In this document: piece by piece, positions 45,953 through 55,524 of the stretch
Numbering within the stretch: the first letter of the stretch is position 1
Layout of the letters: the number at the start of each line of letters is the position of its first letter
Assembly: GCA_011525755.1 (NCBI GenBank)
Contig: WYBS01000193.1
Location: 20,962-84,961 of the forward strand
DNA: 64,000 nt
Reading direction: 5' to 3'
Origin: Planctomycetaceae bacterium
GTDB lineage: Bacteria > Planctomycetota > PLA2
Translations under genes and position numbers: made by a program
Notes under the pieces: generated by a model
The model's input: the letters and a program-made list of their open reading frames with translations, nothing else
The model's database searches: none
What the model was told of the DNA's origin: nothing

Positions 45953-48370
45953 ATGGGACGCCAGATCCTCACGTTCGTCCTCGTCTTCTTCGCGATCATC
46001 ATGGTGACGCGGAGCTGCTTCTCGCCGCCGCCGGCGAAGAAGGGCATCCCCGTGGAGCGGCCGGATGCGGCGCCGGGGGAGGCCCCGGTCCTCAAGCACG
46101 AGGCCACCGGCACCGAAGTCGTGCTCGGGCCGGACGGATCGGTCGCGGCGATCACGGTCGGGGGCGCGCCGGTGATGCGGCCCGTGCCCGCGGACCGGCG
46201 TCCCTTCCACCTCTTCCTCGGGCGGACCGAGAAGGCGAAGCGGATCCCCGAGGCGGCCTGGACGCCCGAGGACGTGCCGGTCGGCCGCAAGTACGTCCAC
46301 GAGAACGACAAGCTCCGGATCGAGCGGACGGTCCGCTTCGCCGAGGACGGCAAGGGCCTCGTGCTCGACATCAAGGCGCAGGGGGTTCCCGCGGACGACA
46401 ACTTCCTCGTCCTCACCGGCGCCTCCGGCGTCGAGCTCACGGCCGACGGCGGCGAGCCCCCGTTCGCCTTCACGGAGCTCCAGGGGGGGAAGCCGAGGAT
46501 CCAGTCGCTCGCGTCGCTGAAGCAGGCGAGGGAGACGGCGGGCGGGCGGCTCTACGCGGCGACCGAGGAGCTCGCCGCCGCGGACCGCGTCGCGCGGTTC
46601 GGCCTCTTCGGCCGCGCCTTCTGCCTCGCGCTCAGCGACCTTCCGCCGGTCTCGAAGCTCTTCGTCGACGTCTACAGGGCCGACCGCGAGGACGTCGGCG
46701 AGACCGACGAGGCGGAGACCTGGATGGAGCTCGTGGCGAAGGACGGCTCGTTCGAGGGGAGCTTCACGCTCCGCTGGACGCCGCAGGCCGAGGCGGCGGC
46801 GTCGTTCCCGTCGTCCCAGACCCGGCCGGGCCGGATCCACGTGCTCGAGGACGAGACGTTCCGGGTCGTCTTCACCGACCGCGGCGCGGCGATCCGCGAG
46901 ATGTGGCTCAAGGCCTTCTCGACCGTCGCGGGCGAGGCCCCGTCCGAGGCGACATGGATCCCGATCCTCAACGCCGGCACGCCCGAGGGCGAGCGCGCGC
47001 TCACCCTCGTCGCGGAGGGCCACGGCACCGACCTCGCCCACGAGATCTGGGACATGGCGCCTTCGGGGGACGGGCGCTCGATCCTCTTCACGATCACGGC
47101 CCCCGACGGGTGGAAGTTCTCGAAGCGGGTGAGCCTGCCCGGGAAGGACCGCTACGACCTCGGCGTGGAGATCGGGATCGAGGCGGCGCCGGGCGCCGCC
47201 GCCTCCCAGGTCCTCGCCGGCCTGATCGGGCCCGCGGGAAGCTACATCGTCGACAGCTACCGCGGGATCATCGGCGCGGAGCCGCCCGCCGTGTTCGTGC
47301 TCGACCGCAACGGCGACGACGAGACCGAGACGATCGAGAGCCTCCAGAAGGAGATCCTCGAGCAGACCTATCCCGAGGAGCGCCGCGGCACCTTCCGGGC
47401 CATCGGCACGCGCGGAACCTACTTCGTCTGCGCGCTCGTGTCGGAGGACGCGAGGAACGCGGTGACGAGCGCGCTCGGGAAGTGGATCCAGCTCGACCGG
47501 CCGCAGCCGCGCGCCGACGGCAAGCCGCCGACGCGCGACGGCATGCTCGGGCGCGTGGGGCTCGCGCTGCCGCTCGAGGGGGGCCGCGCGACGCAGTCGT
47601 TCCGTCTCTACGCGGGGCCCAACGAGACCTCCGCGCTCCGGGAGCTCGAGATCGGCGGCAGCGTGAACTTCGGCTTCTTCGGCTCGATCGGCCGCGCGCT
47701 CATGTGGCTCATGAAGGCGCTGGAGGGCCTCGTCGGCTCCTTCGGCATCGCCATCATGCTCATGACCGTGATCGTGCGTGCGCTGCTCTTCCCCGTCTCC
47801 TACAAGACCCAGCTCTCGATGCAGCGCTACGGCAAGCGCATCCAGAAGATCAAGCCGCTGCTCGACGAGATCCAGAAGAAGCACGGAAAGGACCCGCAGC
47901 GGATGAACGCGGAGCGGATGAAGGTGATGAAGGAGCATGGGGTGGGACTCCCCCTCGGCTGCCTCACGATCTTCCTCCAGATCCCGATCTGGTATGCGCT
48001 CTTCCAGGCGCTGCGCGTCGAGTTCGCGCTGCGGCACCAGACGTTCCTCTGGGTCGACGACCTCGCGATGCCGGACCATCTCTTCCCGCTGCCGACGTTC
48101 GGCATCGGATTCCTCCCGGACTGGTTCAACCTGCTGCCGATCCTCATGCTCGTGCTCTGGGTGCTCCAGCAGAAGCTCGCGCCGGCGCCCGGGTCCACCG
48201 ACGACCCGCAGGTCAAGATGCAGATGAAGATGATGAAGTTCATGCCCTACGTCTTCTTCTTCATGCTCTACAACTATGCCGCGGCGCTCGCGCTCTACAT
48301 GTGCGTCTCGTCGGTCTGGACGATCGCGGAGTCGAAGCTCGTGCGCCGCGCCATCGCGCGCCTCGGATAG
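45953..48370 (+). CDS. yidC: Membrane protein insertase YidC (with large N-terminal periplasmic domain)
   Basis: 805 aa. N-terminal TM MGRQILTFVLVFFAIIMV, a ~500-aa periplasmic region, and a C-terminal 60-kDa insertase core (PLLDEIQKKHGKDPQRMNAERMKVMKEHGVGLPLGCLTIFLQIPIWYALFQAL ... MKFMPYVFFFM). Confidence 0.92.
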   Translation: MGRQILTFVLVFFAIIMVTRSCFSPPPAKKGIPVERPDAAPGEAPVLKHEATGTEVVLGPDGSVAAITVGGAPVMRPVPADRRPFHLFLGRTEKAKRIPEAAWTPEDVPVGRKYVHENDKLRIERTVRFAEDGKGLVLDIKAQGVPADDNFLVLTGASGVELTADGGEPPFAFTELQGGKPRIQSLASLKQARETAGGRLYAATEELAAADRVARFGLFGRAFCLALSDLPPVSKLFVDVYRADREDVGETDEAETWMELVAKDGSFEGSFTLRWTPQAEAAASFPSSQTRPGRIHVLEDETFRVVFTDRGAAIREMWLKAFSTVAGEAPSEATWIPILNAGTPEGERALTLVAEGHGTDLAHEIWDMAPSGDGRSILFTITAPDGWKFSKRVSLPGKDRYDLGVEIGIEAAPGAAASQVLAGLIGPAGSYIVDSYRGIIGAEPPAVFVLDRNGDDETETIESLQKEILEQTYPEERRGTFRAIGTRGTYFVCALVSEDARNAVTSALGKWIQLDRPQPRADGKPPTRDGMLGRVGLALPLEGGRATQSFRLYAGPNETSALRELEIGGSVNFGFFGSIGRALMWLMKALEGLVGSFGIAIMLMTVIVRALLFPVSYKTQLSMQRYGKRIQKIKPLLDEIQKKHGKDPQRMNAERMKVMKEHGVGLPLGCLTIFLQIPIWYALFQALRVEFALRHQTFLWVDDLAMPDHLFPLPTFGIGFLPDWFNLLPILMLVLWVLQQKLAPAPGSTDDPQVKMQMKMMKFMPYVFFFMLYNYAAALALYMCVSSVWTIAESKLVRRAIARLG

Positions 48371-48414
48371 GCCACGCGCCGCGGGGGGGCGCAGGAACGC
48401 GCGGCGGAGAGGCC

Positions 48415-49104
48415 CTACATCAGGCCCGTCTCCTTGAAGCTCGCGTAGACGCCGTCGCCGACGATCACGTGGTCGAGCACGCGGATCCCGAGCAGCTCCG
48501 CGGCGTGGACGAGGCGGCGCGTGACCGCGACGTCCTCGTCGGAGGGGCGCGGGTCGCCGGACGGGTGGTTGTGCACGAGCACGACCGCGCCGGCCGACTC
48601 GCGCACCGCCGGGAGGAAGACCTCGCGCGGGTGGACGATCGACGTCGTGAGCGACCCCTCGGAGACGATCTCCTCGCCGAGCACCCGGTGGCGCGCGTCG
48701 AGCAGCACGACGAGGAACATCTCGCGTTTCTTGTCGCGCAGCACGCCGTGGTAGTGGTCGAAGATCTGGCGCGGGTTCATGAACAGCATGCCATGGCGCA
48801 TCCGCTCGCACATGAGCCGGCGCGAGAGCCCGAAGAGCGCGCCCAGCCGCGCGGCCTGGAGGCCGCCGACGCCCTTCCGGTCCATGAGCTCGCGCGGCGC
48901 GCGCGTGGCGAGGCGGCGGAGCGATCCGTGCTCGAGGAGCAGATCGCGCGCCACCTCGATCGCGGGGCGGACGCCGTTCCTGCCGAGGACGAGGGAGAGG
49001 AGCTCGTCGTCGGCGAGGGAGTCGGGACCGAGGCGCAGGAGCCGTTCGCGGGGGGTCTCGGGGGCGATGGTTTCCACGTCTATTACGTCGGGAGCCGGTG
49101 TCAT
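48415..49104 (-). CDS. radC: RadC-family JAMM/MPN+ protein (UPF0758)
   Basis: JAMM motif HNHPSGDPRPSDED preceded by an HhH-like N-terminal region. The preferred start is MTPAPDV (49104); the track start 49158 would overlap the upstream gene's 3' end. Confidence 0.85.
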   Translation of the reverse strand: MTPAPDVIDVETIAPETPRERLLRLGPDSLADDELLSLVLGRNGVRPAIEVARDLLLEHGSLRRLATRAPRELMDRKGVGGLQAARLGALFGLSRRLMCERMRHGMLFMNPRQIFDHYHGVLRDKKREMFLVVLLDARHRVLGEEIVSEGSLTTSIVHPREVFLPAVRESAGAVVLVHNHPSGDPRPSDEDVAVTRRLVHAAELLGIRVLDHVIVGDGVYASFKETGLM

Positions 49105-49136
49105 CGCCACCGTCCCCCGACACACGCCGGGAACCC

Positions 49137-50348
49137 TCATCGCAGGCCGGATTTCCACCTTTCGAAGAGAATTTCGCGCGAGTCGCCGAACGCCTCGCGG
49201 AAGGCCTCCGCCTCGTCCTTCCCCGCCCCGAGATCGCGGAGCATCCGCTGGATCGCGCCGCGCTGCCCGTCGTCGAGGTACCGCGTGAACGCGAGGGTCG
49301 CGTCGTAGAAGAGCGCCACGCGGCGCGGATCCTCCTCGCGGAGGATCGCGGCGGAGAGGAGCGTGTCGCGGAGCTCGCCCGTCCCGCGCAGCCTCTGCTC
49401 GGCCTTCTCCGCGCTCCGCCCCTCCTCGATCTGCGCGAGCCCCTCGTGCAGCCAGACCGGCGCCTTCGGCGCGAGGGCGCGGATCACGTGGTGCGTCATC
49501 TCGTGGCGGATCGTCGGCCCGAGCGAGGCCGGGTCGTCGCGACTCCCGAGCGAAAGGCGGATCGTGCCGTCGGAAACGCCCGTGACCCAGCCGTGGAGCA
49601 GCGTCGCGCTCCGGAACTCGGCGGGGGTGTAGAGCGTGACCGTGATCCGCGGCGGATAGCTCCCGTAGAGCGCGGCGAGACGGCCGCGCGCCTCCTCGCA
49701 GAGCACGAGGACCTCCTGCGCCCTCGCCGGCGTGATCTTAGGGGAGTGCCGCACGAGGAAGAGGGGGCCCGGGATCTCCCCGAAGGACCGCTCCACCTCG
49801 CGCTCCCGCTCGGCCTTCGCGAGCCGGCGGAGGATCTCCGCATCGCCGGGGCGGAGCTCCAGCGCGCGTCGCCAGCGCGCGACGGCGACGTCCAGCTCCC
49901 GCGCGAGGTAGGCGATCTCCCCGAGGCGCATCAGGGCCTCCAGGTGATCGGGATCCTTCTCCAGCACGGCCTCGAAGTCCGCGCGCGCCGCCGCGAGGAG
50001 GGCGTCGTCGCCGCCTTCCAGCCGGACGCGGCCGAGGAGCGCGCGGTAGAGGATCCGCTCGGGGTGGAGCCGCGTCGCCCTCTCGAGCAGACGGATCGCC
50101 TCGCCGAGGTCCCCGCCGGAACGCTTCTCTTCGGCCAGGAGGACGAGCGCCGCGGCGAGGCTCCTCCGCGGCGCCTCCGCGTCGGGGCGCAGCGCGAGCG
50201 CCGCCTCGAAGGCCTTCCTCGCGGCTTCGGCGCGGCCCGCGGCGAGGTGCGCGAGCCCCTCCTCGTTGAGGGCGACGGCGGGATCGGCGGCGCGGACGGC
50301 CGCGGCCGCCAAGAGGAGCGCGAGCGCGCGCCGCGGCATGCGCGCCAT
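49137..50348 (-). CDS. Secreted TPR-repeat protein with C-terminal putative HExxH zinc-metallopeptidase-like domain
   Basis: Signal peptide MARMPRRALALLLAAAAVRAAD; several TPR-like helices (EEGLAHLAAGRAEAARKAFEAAL...); C-terminal TIRHEMTHHVIRAL (HExxH) with a downstream Glu (WLHEGLAQ). Confidence 0.6.
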   Translation of the reverse strand: MARMPRRALALLLAAAAVRAADPAVALNEEGLAHLAAGRAEAARKAFEAALALRPDAEAPRRSLAAALVLLAEEKRSGGDLGEAIRLLERATRLHPERILYRALLGRVRLEGGDDALLAAARADFEAVLEKDPDHLEALMRLGEIAYLARELDVAVARWRRALELRPGDAEILRRLAKAEREREVERSFGEIPGPLFLVRHSPKITPARAQEVLVLCEEARGRLAALYGSYPPRITVTLYTPAEFRSATLLHGWVTGVSDGTIRLSLGSRDDPASLGPTIRHEMTHHVIRALAPKAPVWLHEGLAQIEEGRSAEKAEQRLRGTGELRDTLLSAAILREEDPRRVALFYDATLAFTRYLDDGQRGAIQRMLRDLGAGKDEAEAFREAFGDSREILFERWKSGLR

Positions 50349-50457
50349 TACATCATGCCGATTCAGGGGGGCCCGGGGGGCGCACGCCGCCGCAACGCCC
50401 TGCCCTTCCGCCTCCTGCAGCCCTAGAGCCTAGGGCCTGGAGCTTAGAGACTCTCCC

Positions 50458-51162
50458 CTACCGGTCCTCGACCCGGATCTCGACGCGCCGGTTCTTCCAC
50501 TTGTTGATGTCGCTCGTGTTCGGCGCGACCGGTCGGTTCTGGCCGAAGCCCGCGACCGACACGCGCGCCTCGGCGATGCCGCCGTCCTTGATCAGATAGT
50601 CGTAGACGGCGAAGGCGCGGCCCACCGAGAGCTCGATGTTGCCGCGGGGATAGCGCTTGCGCGTCTCCTCCTTCGTGACCGGCACGTTGTCGGTGTGCCC
50701 CTCGACGCTGATCTTCTGGTTGCCCCCGTGGAGCGCCTCGGCGACGCGGCCAAGGGCACGGCGACCGTCCTCGGAGAGGTCGCTCGAGCCGGTCCCGAAG
50801 AGAACCGACTCGCGCAGGACGAAGCGGTAGCCGCTCCCTGCGTCGCGGATCACCTCGATCTGGTTGTCGCCCTTGAATCGCTCGAGGACGCGGCGGACGC
50901 TCTCGCTCATCTCGCCCTTGGCCTCCTCGACGGCCTGCTGGGCGCTGCCTGCCTTCGCGACCTTCGCCTCGAGCTCCTTGACCCGGCGGTCGAGGGCCTC
51001 GCGGTCGGCCGTGAGCTGGTCGATCCTCTCCTGCTGCTGCTCGATGACGCCGAACTGGTTCCTGATCTCGGCATCCTGCTGCTCCGTGCGCGGGGTCGAC
51101 TTGCACCCGGCACCGACCAGCAGAAACACCGCGGCCACGATCCTCGCGTACGCGCCGGTCAC
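50458..51162 (-). CDS. OmpA/MotB-family lipoprotein (peptidoglycan-associated)
   Basis: Lipobox LLVGAGC; a coiled-coil region; a C-terminal OmpA_C domain (ISVEGHTDNVPV...NRRVEIRV). Confidence 0.85.
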   Translation of the reverse strand: MTGAYARIVAAVFLLVGAGCKSTPRTEQQDAEIRNQFGVIEQQQERIDQLTADREALDRRVKELEAKVAKAGSAQQAVEEAKGEMSESVRRVLERFKGDNQIEVIRDAGSGYRFVLRESVLFGTGSSDLSEDGRRALGRVAEALHGGNQKISVEGHTDNVPVTKEETRKRYPRGNIELSVGRAFAVYDYLIKDGGIAEARVSVAGFGQNRPVAPNTSDINKWKNRRVEIRVEDR

Positions 51163-51187
51163 GTCGTCTCTCCTTCGCTGCGATCCG

Positions 51188-51922
51188 CTAGCCGCCGACG
51201 CGCGCCTTGGCCGCGTTGATCCTGTCGGCGACCTTCTTCTTCGCGCCGAAGCTGTCGTAGATCATGTTGGACATGCTCCGGAAGGCGCCGTCCCCGAGCT
51301 GGCCCTTGCCGGTCTCGTTGCCGCTCGTCCGGAGCGAGAGCGCCACGGCGAGGAGCAGGATGATCGACGTGAGGACGAGAGCGAACGTGATGCCCGGGCT
51401 GCCCGCGGGGGCTTCCGCGGCCGCGCGGGCGCGGCCCCGCGTCGCCGTCGGCTTCGCGCCGCGCGCGCCGACGACCTCCTCGACCTCCTCCTCCTCGACC
51501 TCCTGGGTGAGGTCGGCGGAGAGATCGATCGGCTCCGTGCTCATGCCGACGTCCTCGGCCTTGCCCTTCGGCTCGATGAAGGTGTCCTGGGAGGAGATCT
51601 CGCGTCCCCGGGCCCCCTCGCCGATCTGGACCTTGTCCTCGCCGCTCTCGAAGACGAGGTCGTCGGTGAGCGTCTCGCCCGACTCCTCGAACGCGGGCGC
51701 CTCGTCCTCGAGCGTGATCTCGGAGAGCACCGTCTCGGAGGTCTCGGAGCCCGTCCCCTTCGACACGAGCTTGTCGATCTCCGACTTCTTGAACTTCATC
51801 ACGTCGCCTTCGCGGAACGCGGAGATCTCGCCCTCCGAGACCAGGCGCTTGAGCTTGTTCTGGTCGATCTTCAGCTGACGGACGACCTCGTCGAAGGTGT
51901 AGAACTCGCCACTCTTTGCCAT
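51188..51922 (-). CDS. Membrane-anchored protein with N-terminal excisionase/MerR-type helix-turn-helix
   Basis: N-terminal MAKSGEFYTFDEVVRQLKIDQNKLKRLVSEGEISAFREGDVMKFKKSEI (HTH_17-like), an acidic linker, a single C-terminal TM helix ITFALVLTSIILLLAVALSL and a short tail. Confidence 0.55.
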   Translation of the reverse strand: MAKSGEFYTFDEVVRQLKIDQNKLKRLVSEGEISAFREGDVMKFKKSEIDKLVSKGTGSETSETVLSEITLEDEAPAFEESGETLTDDLVFESGEDKVQIGEGARGREISSQDTFIEPKGKAEDVGMSTEPIDLSADLTQEVEEEEVEEVVGARGAKPTATRGRARAAAEAPAGSPGITFALVLTSIILLLAVALSLRTSGNETGKGQLGDGAFRSMSNMIYDSFGAKKKVADRINAAKARVGG

Positions 51923-51943
51923 GTTCGTCCTTGCGCGTTCGCG

Positions 51944-52519
51944 CTACTTTGCCGCGGCGGCCTTGGCCGCCTGCCGGCTGACCTCCTGCTGGTACAGCTC
52001 CCGCATCCGGTCGTAGGAGAATTCCGATACGTCCTTGTAGCCGGACACCTTGAGATCGTACTCGATCTTCCTGCTCGCCAGGTACTCGAGACCCTGCCCC
52101 GCCCGGAACCGGTAGACGGCGACCTGCTCCTGCATCGAATCGACGAGGAACAGGACCGACTCGCCCGTGACCGTCGGGCAGGTGACCGCGACGAAGCGGT
52201 TGTTGCTGTCCGAGTCGGTCGGCCGGCTGGCGCTCGTGCGTCCCTCCGCGCCGGGCGGGCGCGGGCTCGGGGGCGTCGGCGTCGGGCCGGGCTGCTGCGG
52301 CTGGTTGACAGGGATCTCCGGCGGCGCGCCGCCGGGCGTGCCCGTTCCCTGCGCGGACGCCTCCGGGAGGAGGCGCATGTCCTGCCCGAGCAGGAGCCCG
52401 ACGCAGAAGAGCAGCATCGCGGCCAAGGTGGCGATCAGGTAGTCCCGACGATCACGCATCGTGAGTCTCCCGGGGAACCGGGGAAGGCGCATTGTGGCAA
52501 CTTCCCGTGTTCCCTTCAA
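51944..52519 (-). CDS. Hypothetical membrane-anchored protein (Pro-rich linker)
   Basis: TM helix LIATLAAMLLFCVGLLLG, a Pro/Thr-rich linker, and a C-terminal ~90-aa globular region. No motif match. Alternative start at MRDRRDYL (52459). Confidence 0.4.
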   Translation of the reverse strand: MKGTREVATMRLPRFPGRLTMRDRRDYLIATLAAMLLFCVGLLLGQDMRLLPEASAQGTGTPGGAPPEIPVNQPQQPGPTPTPPSPRPPGAEGRTSASRPTDSDSNNRFVAVTCPTVTGESVLFLVDSMQEQVAVYRFRAGQGLEYLASRKIEYDLKVSGYKDVSEFSYDRMRELYQQEVSRQAAKAAAAK

Positions 52520-52702
52520 CCCCCCTACCCTGCCGGAAAGGGGTCACCGACAGGTCATGGCCAGGACGCGCCGCCGCGGGCGCGAAGCAGGTCCCGGGCT
52601 GGTTGCCCGGCGCGGTCTTGGCGAAGGCGCGCGATCGGGTCCGTGAACACGGCCGTTCGGCGATGCACCCCCCGGGGAGCCTGCCCCCGGAGCCCCCCGG
52701 GA

Positions 52703-54091
52703 TCATGCCCCGATCGGCAGGCGCATGATGACGGTCGTTCCCTTCCCCCGCTCCGTGCGGATGTCCATGCTCCCGCCGTGCTCGATGACGATGAACTGGA
52801 CGATCGCGAGGCCGAGGCCGGTCCCCTCGGGCTTCGTGGTGAAGAACAGATCGATGCACCGCCGGGCCGTCTCGGGGTCCATCCCGACGCCATCGTCGGA
52901 GACCTCGATGACCGCCTCGTTCCCCTCCTGCCGCGCCTCGACCCGCACCGTGCCCGCTCGCCCCTCGGGGATCGCGTCCTCGGCGTTGAGGACGAGGTTC
53001 AGGATGGCCTGGGTCAGTTCCTGCGCGTCGCCGATCACGCCCTTCACCGGCCGGTCGGCGTGCACATCGAGCCGGATCCCCCTGCGCTCCGCGCGGTGGC
53101 TCGCGAGCCCCGCGGCCCGCCGGCAGGCGTCCGCGACGTCCACGTCCGATGGCTCGCGTCGGCGCGGCGCGAAGTGGAGCATCCGCTCCACGATCGTCCG
53201 GATCCGCTCGAGGCCGTCGAAGACGAGGTCGAAGTACTCGGCGCTCCGCTGCGGCGAGAGCCCGCCCTCCCGCAGCTTCCGCAGCGCGTTGAGGACGCCG
53301 CCCAGGGGGTTGTTGATCTCGTGGGCGAAGCCCGCCGCGAGCGTGCCCGTGGCCGCGAGACGCTGCGCGACGACGAGCCGGTTCTCGGCCGCCTTGGCCC
53401 GCGAAAGGGCGTCGAGAACGCGTTCCTCGAGGCGGGTCTGGTACTCGTGCACCTCCCGCGCCATGCGGTTGAACCGGTCGACGAGGTTCCCGACCTCGTC
53501 GTTCCCCTTGGGCCTCGGCACCTCGGGCGGGGGCTTCCCCTCCGCCACCGTGCGCGCCGCCTCGGAGAGCTGCTCGAGCGGCCGCAGGACGAGCCGCCGG
53601 AGGACGAGGAAGGTCGCGCCGATGAGGAGGATCGTGCCGGATCCGAAGAGGATGTAGGTCTGGCGCAGCCCCTCGAGGGCGCCCTCCCGGGCGAACTCGT
53701 TGAAGGCCACGTGGCAGGCGCTCCAAGGGGCCCGCGGCGACGGGTCGATCCGCGTGAAGCCGTGCCGGTCGTACTCGAACCTCGGCTGCTGCTCGTCCAC
53801 GAGCGCCCGCAGGCTCTCGGCCATCCGGTGGACCTCGGCCTCCGTATCGGGCGTCCAGCTGCCCTCCACCTCGTCGCTCGAGGGGCGAAGCCTCACGACG
53901 TAGCGGATCGTGCGGAGGCGGCCGAGCGCCTCGAGTTCCGTCTCCTCGGAGGCGCGGAAGGCGTCGACGAGCGCGCCGGGCGACACCTGCTCGCCGGTCG
54001 CCGCCGTCTCGAGGCCGAGCCACACGACGAGGAGGAGCAGCCCGACGTTGATCGCCCCGATGACGATGAGCAGGCGGAGGCGGAGCGACAC
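52703..54091 (-). CDS. Sensor histidine kinase (two TM plus HAMP plus HisKA plus HATPase_c), PilS-like position
   Basis: N-terminal TM MSLRLRLLIVIGAINVGLLLLVVWL; H-box FAHEINNPLGGV; N/G boxes ...LNLVLNAEDAI, GTGLGLAIVQ. It lies downstream of pilC. No response regulator is adjacent. Confidence 0.85.
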   Translation of the reverse strand: MSLRLRLLIVIGAINVGLLLLVVWLGLETAATGEQVSPGALVDAFRASEETELEALGRLRTIRYVVRLRPSSDEVEGSWTPDTEAEVHRMAESLRALVDEQQPRFEYDRHGFTRIDPSPRAPWSACHVAFNEFAREGALEGLRQTYILFGSGTILLIGATFLVLRRLVLRPLEQLSEAARTVAEGKPPPEVPRPKGNDEVGNLVDRFNRMAREVHEYQTRLEERVLDALSRAKAAENRLVVAQRLAATGTLAAGFAHEINNPLGGVLNALRKLREGGLSPQRSAEYFDLVFDGLERIRTIVERMLHFAPRRREPSDVDVADACRRAAGLASHRAERRGIRLDVHADRPVKGVIGDAQELTQAILNLVLNAEDAIPEGRAGTVRVEARQEGNEAVIEVSDDGVGMDPETARRCIDLFFTTKPEGTGLGLAIVQFIVIEHGGSMDIRTERGKGTTVIMRLPIGA

Positions 54092-54177
54092 GGCCCGGTC
54101 CTACGCCGGCGTCCCGCGCATGGGGAAGCCCGGCCGCGGGGCGGCCGGTCCGCCCGGCTCCCCCCGCGCCCGCCGGC

Positions 54178-55350
54178 TCACTTGCCGCCCGTCAGCTGCT
54201 CGATGATCTTCAGCAGCGGCAGGAAGAGGGCCAACACGATGCAGAAGACCGCGCCGCCCATCACGACGATGAGCATGGGCTCGAGGAGCGAGGTGAGGCT
54301 CGCGACCGCCACGTCCACCTCGTCGTCGTAGTTGTCCGCGACCTTGATGAGCATCTTGTCGAGCTCGCCGGTCTTCTCCCCCACGTCGATCATGTTGATG
54401 ACGAGGTCGTCGAAGATCCGCGTCTTCTGGTTCGCAAGCGGCTCGGCGATCGACTCGCCCTCGCGGATGGCCGCGTGCAGGTCGCCGATGATCCGGCTCA
54501 TGACCGCGTTCCCGGCCGCCCCCTGGCAGATCTCGAGGGCCTCGAGGATCGGCACGCCGGACGAGATCAGGGTGCCGAACGTGCGCGTGAAGCGGGCGAC
54601 GAGGACCTTCCGGTAGAGCCCGCCGACGATCGGCATCTTGAGCCTCAGCCCGTCCATGAAGTAGCGCCCGCCGGGCGACATCCCGACCAGCTTCGGGAGG
54701 CCCCAGAAGAGGAGGCCCACGCCGAGGAGGAAGGCCCACCACCACTGGACGAGCCACCGGGAGATGTTCATCATCACCTTGGTGATGCCGGGCAGCCCCT
54801 CCTGGCCCCCGGGAAGCTGCGTGAACACCGACTCGAACTTCGGGACGACGCTCGTCATGATGAAGAGCAGGATCGCGACGATCACGATGAGGACCGCGAC
54901 CGGGTAGGTCGCCGCCCCCTTCACCTGCCGCTTGAGCTTCTCGCTCTTCTCCTTGAAGCTCGCGAGACGGGCGAGGATCACGTCCAGGACGCCGCCTGCC
55001 TCGCCGGCCCGGACCATGTTCACGTAGAGGGTGTCGAAGACCCTCGGGTGCTTCGCGAGCGCCTCGGAGAGGCTCGACCCCGACTCGACGTCGTCCGTGA
55101 CGCCGACGAGGACGTTCTTGAAGAACCCCTTCCGGAGCTGCCCCTCGAGGATCTTCAAGCAGGAGACGATAGGGAGACCCGCGTCCTGAAGCGTGCTGAG
55201 CTGGGTCGTGAACTGGGTCAGCTGCTTCTCGGAGACGCCGCCGATGAAGCCGCCCGTCTTCTTCGCGGGGGTTGCGGTGGCCACTGCCGGCGCCTTCTTG
55301 CTCGCCATCGATGCTCCTTTCGATGCCCTCGTACCTGCCGTACCCGCCAC
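54178..55350 (-). CDS. pilC: Type IV pilus assembly platform protein PilC (GspF family)
   Basis: Two GspF repeats, e.g. LSEALAKHPRVFDTLYVNMVRAGEAGGVLDVIL and ESIAEPLANQKTRIFDDLVINMIDVGEKTGELDKML, with three TM helices. The likely start is MASKKAP (55308). Confidence 0.9.
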   Translation of the reverse strand: MAGTAGTRASKGASMASKKAPAVATATPAKKTGGFIGGVSEKQLTQFTTQLSTLQDAGLPIVSCLKILEGQLRKGFFKNVLVGVTDDVESGSSLSEALAKHPRVFDTLYVNMVRAGEAGGVLDVILARLASFKEKSEKLKRQVKGAATYPVAVLIVIVAILLFIMTSVVPKFESVFTQLPGGQEGLPGITKVMMNISRWLVQWWWAFLLGVGLLFWGLPKLVGMSPGGRYFMDGLRLKMPIVGGLYRKVLVARFTRTFGTLISSGVPILEALEICQGAAGNAVMSRIIGDLHAAIREGESIAEPLANQKTRIFDDLVINMIDVGEKTGELDKMLIKVADNYDDEVDVAVASLTSLLEPMLIVVMGGAVFCIVLALFLPLLKIIEQLTGGK

Positions 55351-55524
55351 CCGGTGCCGGGCAGGGGTCCCACATCATTCAAAAACCGCGGCCCAAACGC
55401 AACGCTCACCCGGCGGGGCCGCGACGGGGGTGGGGTCCGGGGAGGGGGGATCCGCCCGATCCGGGCCCCCCGACCCCCCTCGGGATCGGCCCGCTTTCGC
55501 CGCGCCCCGCGCGGTTCGGCGCGC

